Shown: piece after piece, positions 56,988-64,000 of the stretch
Layout: every line of letters starts with the position of its first letter
How positions within the stretch are numbered: the first letter of the stretch is position 1
Origin: Xylographa opegraphella
Lineage: Eukaryota
Assembly: GCA_022813865.1 (NCBI GenBank)
Contig: JALDZX010000008.1
Coordinates: forward strand, 372,001-436,000
Direction: 5' to 3'
DNA: 64,000 nt
Position numbers and translations under genes: made by a program
Notes under the pieces: model-generated
What the model saw: the letters and a program-made list of their open reading frames with translations, nothing else
Databases searched by the model: none
Told to the model about the DNA's origin: nothing

Positions 56988-59900
56988 TCAAGATTGTCGA
57001 CGGTCACCATCACCGTAAATCGCACCATTCTTCACGGTCTCAAGGATGATGTCCTTGGCTTGCTCAACTCCCTCACTAGTCCCCACGATTTCGATCGCTT
57101 CTCCCTTGGCCTGGTCTCGTGGCACATTTATCTTACAACCGGTCTGCTTCCGGATGGAGTTGATCTGGGATCCGCCAGGTCCGATCACCAGGCGGTACGT
57201 TCTCGGATCTGGGAGGATCAAATATCCCGTCGATCCCTGTTTTCGTGCCTGCTCAAGAGCTCTCTGGAGGATCGCGCGAGCCTTTGCAACGTTTTCGGGA
57301 GATCCCCGCAAAACCCACGGAATCTCTCCCGTTTCCGCGCCATCAGATCCATGCTCTACGACCTCCCAAGAATGGTTATCCACGGAGGGATGATCTTCAG
57401 TGATCAATGGTAAAGTTCCTCCAACGTTAATTCGGGACCGTGGAGCATTCGATGATTTCGACGGGGGCTGATGGCCTGCATGGTCCACAGTAACTTTGTG
57501 ATCTTGGCGAAGGCGGCGGAAGAATTGCCCGTTGTCGGAAATCACATTATGAAGGCCGCGCGGCACTTGAACAGTCTCTCCCGCTTGATCGCGCACAAGG
57601 TCCAGAATATGTTGCTTGGCCTTTTCCACATCCTCGGGTGGACCGGCAAGCTTGACCTGGGATCGCTGGGGTCCTTGCACGTTTTGCCGGGGAACGTCGA
57701 TGTTGACTTTAAATCGAGACTCGAGAGCTTTTCTGGTCTCTCCGCCATGTCCTATTAGCAAACGATGCTTCTCTGGAGCTATTTCGACGATCTCGGTCAC
57801 TTGATTCTCTCTTTCGTTCACAAATTTATTGATAGCCTCAACTAATTTCTCCACAATGGCCTTGTGTCCTTCGACTCGAATAGTAGATCCATCTGAGTCT
57901 TGACGAGGGAATCGGACGGTCCTCGCAAGCTCCCGTCGATCATCCGATCCCCCAGCATCTATAACCATATTGCGGATATTTGCACCTATGAGAGGTCAGA
58001 TTGGACAGTCTGCTTCGCCATAGCCTCAAAGAACACATACCTCCAGTCCCAATGAGGGATTTGTGATATCTCTTGTCAACATCAATGACCTTAACGATAC
58101 TATCGTCAAACGCCTTAACTTTTTCTTCCAGCAATTTCTTAGCATCGTCGACCTGTTTCTTAGTGCCTTTGATCTTTAGTTCAACACGACCAGTAGGATC
58201 TGCAGACTCTCGGCTACCCGGGACGTCGATTTTCGCACCCGTAGTTTCTCGAAGGCTTTCCATTTCTCGACCACCCTGACCTATCAAGGAAGGAAGCTGG
58301 CTTTGAGCAACGGAGATAACGGAACTGTGCGAGTTGTCTATGGTCCATTGCAACAGGTTTAGCAATTCATCTCTGGCTTCGTCCGCGCCCTTTCGGGGAC
58401 CGCGAATGATGACCTCGTCTGGAGCCTGATTCGAGCGATTGTACTTGGGCGTACCAGTTTCACTTGCCATTTCATCGTCCTCGTGTGTGTTGTGGGTTGT
58501 CCTTGGAAACTGAACTCGGACATTGTATCGATCTTGAAGTCTATTGACTTGAGAACCTTTGGCACCAATCATCTCGCGATGAAACTGAGGCTTTATCTTT
58601 AGGACATGTGTGGCTTCGTCGTCAAGTTTCTTGCTCATAGCAAGAATACTCGACTTCGCTGACTCTGCTTTGGCCTTAGGTCCCTTAAGTTCAACCTTTC
58701 CATCATTGACTTGAATGTCAACATCGTACTCTTCACGAAGCTTGTTGATATTCTCACCCCTCTTTCCGATAAGGTAGTTTGCGTATTTTTGAGGAAAGTC
58801 GAAACTCATAGTGAAGCCCCGTTCAAGTTCATCTTGCTTTTCAGATTCTACGAAGGCACGGACCTTTTCGGCTAAAGCATCGAGACGATCATCTGGACCA
58901 CGGAGCAAGACTCGTTGTGCAGATGTATCTTGAGATGACGGGTTCGAAGAAGACTTCGCCGTAGAACCAGTCATAACTTGTACTGGCAGCGCCTCAGGCA
59001 TTCCATCCTGTTGCTCGCGATGCAAATATTTGCGGACTTTCTCGTGAAATCTGTTGGTTGGTAAGTATGGAACATTCACACATACAATGACACTCACTTC
59101 GCTGGGACTTCGAGTTCCCGAACACCAATGGGCTCTTGACTGTTGATCAGCTTCATTATGTGCTCTTGTGCTTGCTGCAAGGCTTCGGCAAATTGAGTAC
59201 TTTCTGCTTGTGAAGGTCTCTGACGAGGAATTTCGAAGTCGGTATCAGTCGCATCGGATCCATCATAGACAAGTATAACTTGAGGGTTGAGATCGGCCTC
59301 GTCAGGTAGAAGTACATGCACACCATGATCTTCACGTACTCGCTTTGAATGTTCATTCCTCAGGTGCTCATAAAAAAAAGGATCCATCTCCATTTGTCGG
59401 ATACGTGATGGTGGATGGGCATTGATTATGTTAATAATATCAGATCGTGCACGAATTGTGTTCTTACCATCGCGTGAATATATTTCCCAGTTCACAGGTC
59501 CATCCTCTGATGTTGGCAGAACAATTCTAGAATCATACATTCTTTCAAGCCCCGCAATGGCCTCACGTTCTTGTAAATAGCGCGTAAGAGCCCTGGCGTG
59601 GGCCTGGGCACCTATGGGAGCATTGCTATGCTGCCGTGCCACGTCTACACTCGACATTTGCATGCTTGTTGCAAGGTTCATGACCTTATCCATGCCAAGC
59701 TCAATCTTATCGTGAGGACCAGTAATGGTAAGCATCTCGGTATCATCAGAGTCTGGCGGAAGAATGACCGCACAACCAGTCTCCTGGAGTAGATCGTGTA
59801 AAGCATCACCTCGATCGCCTATGATGAACTGGTGCTGGCCTCGATTGATTGCTAGCTGCGCTAAGGTGATCTGTTGACGGAGAGCTGCAACTTGCCGTTC

Positions 59901-61237
59901 GATCTCTGTGCGAGCTTCCTGGACTGCGCGCCGATCACCAGATAGCTGTATATGGCTACTAGGATGCGGCTGAAATGTAGGGACACTATTTGATAACGGA
60001 GGCTGGGGTGGAGGTTGATGCGACCATGAGTAATAATGTGGTACTTTAACCTTAATATCACGGCCTTGTTCTAAGGCATTGACCCCAGACCCATGCGGTC
60101 CGGCAAGGAATGGGTAGAACTCGGCGGGAATATCACGTAGACGCATATTCACGGTGGACGTACGTTCGTTCACAATGCGTTCGATTTCACGTCGTGCCAT
60201 TTCAGCAGCAACGGCGTCGCCCTCGATGCTGACGTCGATCGTAGCACTATCATCATCCTCAAGTGGGTATGGAGAATCTTCCATCTTCGGAACTTGAATC
60301 CAGGCACCCGTGCGTTGCGAGATTGCTTGCACCACAGCACCCTGACGACCTATAATGTGTGGTCGGACACTTGCAGGAATCGGGACTTTAATTGCTTGCT
60401 ACGTTCCCGTTAAAAAATTTAACAACGACGATGGAATGGAGTACTGCTGACCTTGGAGCCAACTTCTTTAGCAACGTCTTTCAGTGCTTGACGCACGGCA
60501 TCTACGGGCCCTTTTCCTTCAAAGACTAGCACGCCTCCGGACCCCGGTTTCATTTCCACCGTGGCCTTTGAGCGTTTGTTGATGTCACGCAAAATGTCCA
60601 GGACTGGCTTCTTCAGATCTTTCCTCAGCAGCAATTGAGATGGGGCAAATGTCAATCTCTCAGTGTGCCTCCCAGGCATCGACATGTACTGTGGAGCGTT
60701 GCCGCGGCTCACCGATTTTGCATTGGACGAAGTGGGTGTAAGTATTCCAGACGCGGGAGTAGATGGACGGGAAGATACAGGACTCGAGGTTTGTGCGTGC
60801 CCATTTATTCCGTTAGCGGCTCCGTTGGCCACCGAAGCTGGTTTCTTAGCTCCCCATGCTGGAGCGGGTCCTGGACCGCGCGGCTTAGGACCGCCTCCTA
60901 ATGCAGGAAACAATTCTTCTGACTTGGTGTCAATGACAGAAGGTGCGTTCTCTCCACGGGGAATATTTGTTGGAGATGGCTGCTGTGGTGCCTTTTGCTT
61001 CCCCATTGCCTTTTCGGACATGAGCTCGCTGGCAGGAACAATTATTGGTGCTGGAGGCATTTCGGCTTGTTGAGATGCCGAAGGTGGAGGGTGTATAAGG
61101 TCTTCTTCATCGACAGCATCTTCAATAGTAGGACCATGTCCGTTGCTTGTAACGTGCTTCTGCAGCAATCGCTCCGCAAATGACTGGGCATCCGCGGCAG
61201 AGCTTACGGCCCCCTCGGTCGTTGGTTCAGTAGCCAT
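56988..61237 (-). CDS. SCP160: Vigilin-like multi-KH-domain RNA-binding protein Scp160
   Basis: Many KH GxxG motifs (IIGRQG, LIGKRG, MIGAKG, LIGQGG, LIGTGG, VIGPGG); SEELFPALG. Three introns. Confidence 0.93.
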
Positions 61238-62552
61238 ATCGTACGACTGGCCCCAAGATATGTAGTTTTGTGCGCACAACACAAGAAGGGAGCTTCCTAA
61301 CACGATACGATGGACACTGGAGATGCGAAACGCAGAAGGACGCCGTAAAGTGGAGTCGCACTAATCCGAGTCAAAGATTCTAGCTTGAAATCGATTTAGT
61401 TGAGCAATAGCGCACTATGAGGGGGCTCAAACAATTCGAAGGAATTCCTCTGAGACAATGCAAGCCCACTCCTCAATAGGATGGGATGAACTTAAGACAT
61501 TGCGTATGTAAGAAGTAGACCTCTCGTAATTAAGAGGCAAGGACGGTAAGGTTTAAGTAGGAGTAAAGGACTTTGGAGTCGAGCAGGAATCGAGGTCGAG
61601 AACAAGCTTGAGGGCAGTCGAAGTTTGAGAGTGTTCAAAATTCAAGAAGAATATCCTTATTAAGGTTCACGCTAGTGCTATGTCTTGGCATGGGAAAAGG
61701 AAAGGACTCCAGAAACGTCTCTTGGTCGGACTGAGTGCTTCCACAGTCTCAAGTGATGGATGTGTACAGAATCTGCACGTGTGACACCAGAGTAGGAAGG
61801 TGATGGTGCGCCTGAACAGATCAGGGCGTATTCTCTCGGGTTGGACCTCATCCTTACCCCCGCTTGTACAATCGATACCGCCTACCTCACTATAGAATGG
61901 GAACAACAAGCTGCACCGTTACAGAGGGACATCCTGTTTGGCCGTGAAGTGTCGTGTACGCCGTTGCGAGCACAATGACCACCATCCATATAGTCAAAAG
62001 GATAGGGGTTTACGATCATAGGAGTTCTACCGACCACTGCGGGCGGTGGAAGAACACGGTGAATAGCTTCCATGCATCATGTAGACTAGACTTCATTGCG
62101 AGATCAAGGTCCACCGTGCCATGAGCGCATGCTCGTTCATTCCGCCTACTCTTCAATCTAACGGCTTGAACATTGTCGTCTGTTCCATTGTCTATTATTA
62201 AGAGCCGTCAGGTCGCATCTTGTGGCTGGTCGTTCATAGGCGCAAATCCTTGTCAATAGCGTGCAGAGTCGTACCGACCGATCGTCAGAAACTCCACTAC
62301 GACACTTCTAGGTGGAGGATCAGCAGCCGGACTCAGACATCGCTCCGCCTGTGACAGTCCTTTGGTACAGTTGGTGTCATTTCTATCGTCTTCGAGCAAC
62401 TCAATTCTGCGATTATACGACAGATTGAAAACATCACTCCAAGTCGGTCGATAGCTAACCGCCGCACTTTTCCTTCACTCGACCAAGACCACGAGCTGCG
62501 GGGGCCGGGTTCCCGCGAGGGGCTTTCGCGCTATCTCTTGAAACACGACAAC

Positions 62553-64000
62553 ATGGATGCGCCTACCAAACGACTCACCAAGGAGCAACCTCCCATGAGC
62601 ATGCTATCGTCGAGGTCTCTTCATAGCCAGAGCAGCGGTACATTGAAGCGGAACCCTTCTGCCCCCGTCTATCCCCAACTGTCGCCTGCCAGTGGCCGCG
62701 ATCATCAACGAACCTACTCTACACACAACTCTTCCAATTCTTCGCTCGAGCACGCCTCCCCAAGTATTGCATCTTCAGAATTCGGAGGCCACGGCCAAAC
62801 GAACTCCTACAATACTCCTTATCGCTCATCTGTGAAGAGCTCGGACGAGGCAACCAAGACCTCACTCGACAATATCATAACCGCACGACCGCCAGATCCA
62901 ACGAGAACACCCGACTACCAGGATCATCCGCGCCGTCCACCACTCCCACCTTCTCCATACACTTCGCCCGATCCTCGAATGTTGAGTCCTTCGCTGAGAC
63001 AGTCAGCGAGCTTTTCGGTGGGCGATCGATCGATCGACCTGACTCCTCCTCGTTCCGACACTGGTCTGACGGCATTATCATTTAATTCAAAAAGATACTC
63101 AGATGAGGCAGGCAACGGGAAGCTGCGCTGGAGGAAGAGGAGTGGTATTTCAGGGTTCGTGAATAGCGTGCTGGGCTCTCCACGGAATGTCAAGATTGGT
63201 ATGCCAGAGAATCCGGTGCACATGATCCATGTAGGTTACGACAATGAGACTGGCCAATTCACGGTATGTGCATCTCCATCTATTTACGGCGATTGCCGAA
63301 CTGTCTTCTAGTGTCTTATCATAACCAATAATACGCGGAGTGGAAAGCTAACATTCATCTAGGGACTCCCACGAGAATGGGACAAGCTACTCGAAGACAG
63401 CGGTATCACCCCGAAAGAGCGCGAACAAAACCCTCAAGCAGTCGTGGACGCTATGACTTTCTGGGGAGAGAAAGCTAAAGGGAAAGCTGAAGATGAAGTT
63501 TGGCACAAGTTCGACGGCACCAGAAACCAAGAATTACCACCATCTATTCTTAGCCCTTCGCTGTCCATAACGACCTCATCTGCTGGTAACTCAGCAGGAT
63601 TTGGGCACCTATCGACGATCGCTAGCCCGCCAGCGAGTCCTCGCTTTCCCCAGAACCATGAAGGCAGCTTTGAAAATCCTCGTTCACCACCGCCAGTTCC
63701 CCGCACGGCTCCAAATCCTCCGTCATATCATGCATCGTCCCCTAACGTTGGCCCACCTGCTCTTGTACCTACTCGAGCAGCTCCGCGTCCACCAGGGCCC
63801 ACTTCAGTAGCCGATCTCACACCAGCAAGGGTGGCACCGCATCCACCGAATGGCTTTAAGGACCTATCAATCAATTCGGCCAGGCCCAGCGAAACAGTGT
63901 TGAGCCCAGTTCAACCCAATGTCAATGACTTCCAAAGTTCCGGTCGTGCTCCCGAAGTACATCGAAAGCAGTCTGTATCGAAGACTAATGGCCTAACCAG
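62553..64000 (+). CDS. STE20: PAK kinase Ste20, N-terminal part (kinase domain lies beyond the window)
   Basis: CRIB IGMPENPVHMIHVGYDNETGQFT|GLPREWDKLL..SGIT with intron ~63263-63362. No PH domain before the CRIB, which argues against Cla4. Confidence 0.85.

Overview
Eukaryotic DNA from a filamentous ascomycete (Pezizomycotina). This is inferred from the short GT-AG introns with CTAAC/CTGAC branch points and from the gene content; the exact taxon cannot be determined here. Two runs of conserved housekeeping genes are present. The first (14.3-34.5 kb) holds SWF1, an MFS transporter, CCT5, HP1, LSB5, KAR2 and a carboxylesterase. The second (53.5-64 kb) holds HBS1/SKI7, SCP160 and STE20. Two accessory or decaying regions lie outside these runs. 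(1) 0.6-14.1 kb: an HExxH gene broken by one TAG, a beta-lactamase-family relic, an intact intronless bacterial-type MerA/RclA-like flavoprotein, a broken HeLo-like/NACHT/ankyrin NLR, and a large orphan coiled-coil gene. (2) 34.8-53.3 kb: a CYP52-type P450 relic, an unexplained ~15-unit array built from two monomers (74 and 61 bp) whose long units carry an inverted repeat, and a GC-rich, homopolymer-rich island containing a divergent PTH11-like receptor / secreted tyrosinase pair. The HBS1 gene has a frame-symmetric cassette exon with Ski7-type motifs. No tRNA, rRNA, CRISPR array or intact transposon was recognised. All protein family calls come from motif recognition by eye, not from database searches.
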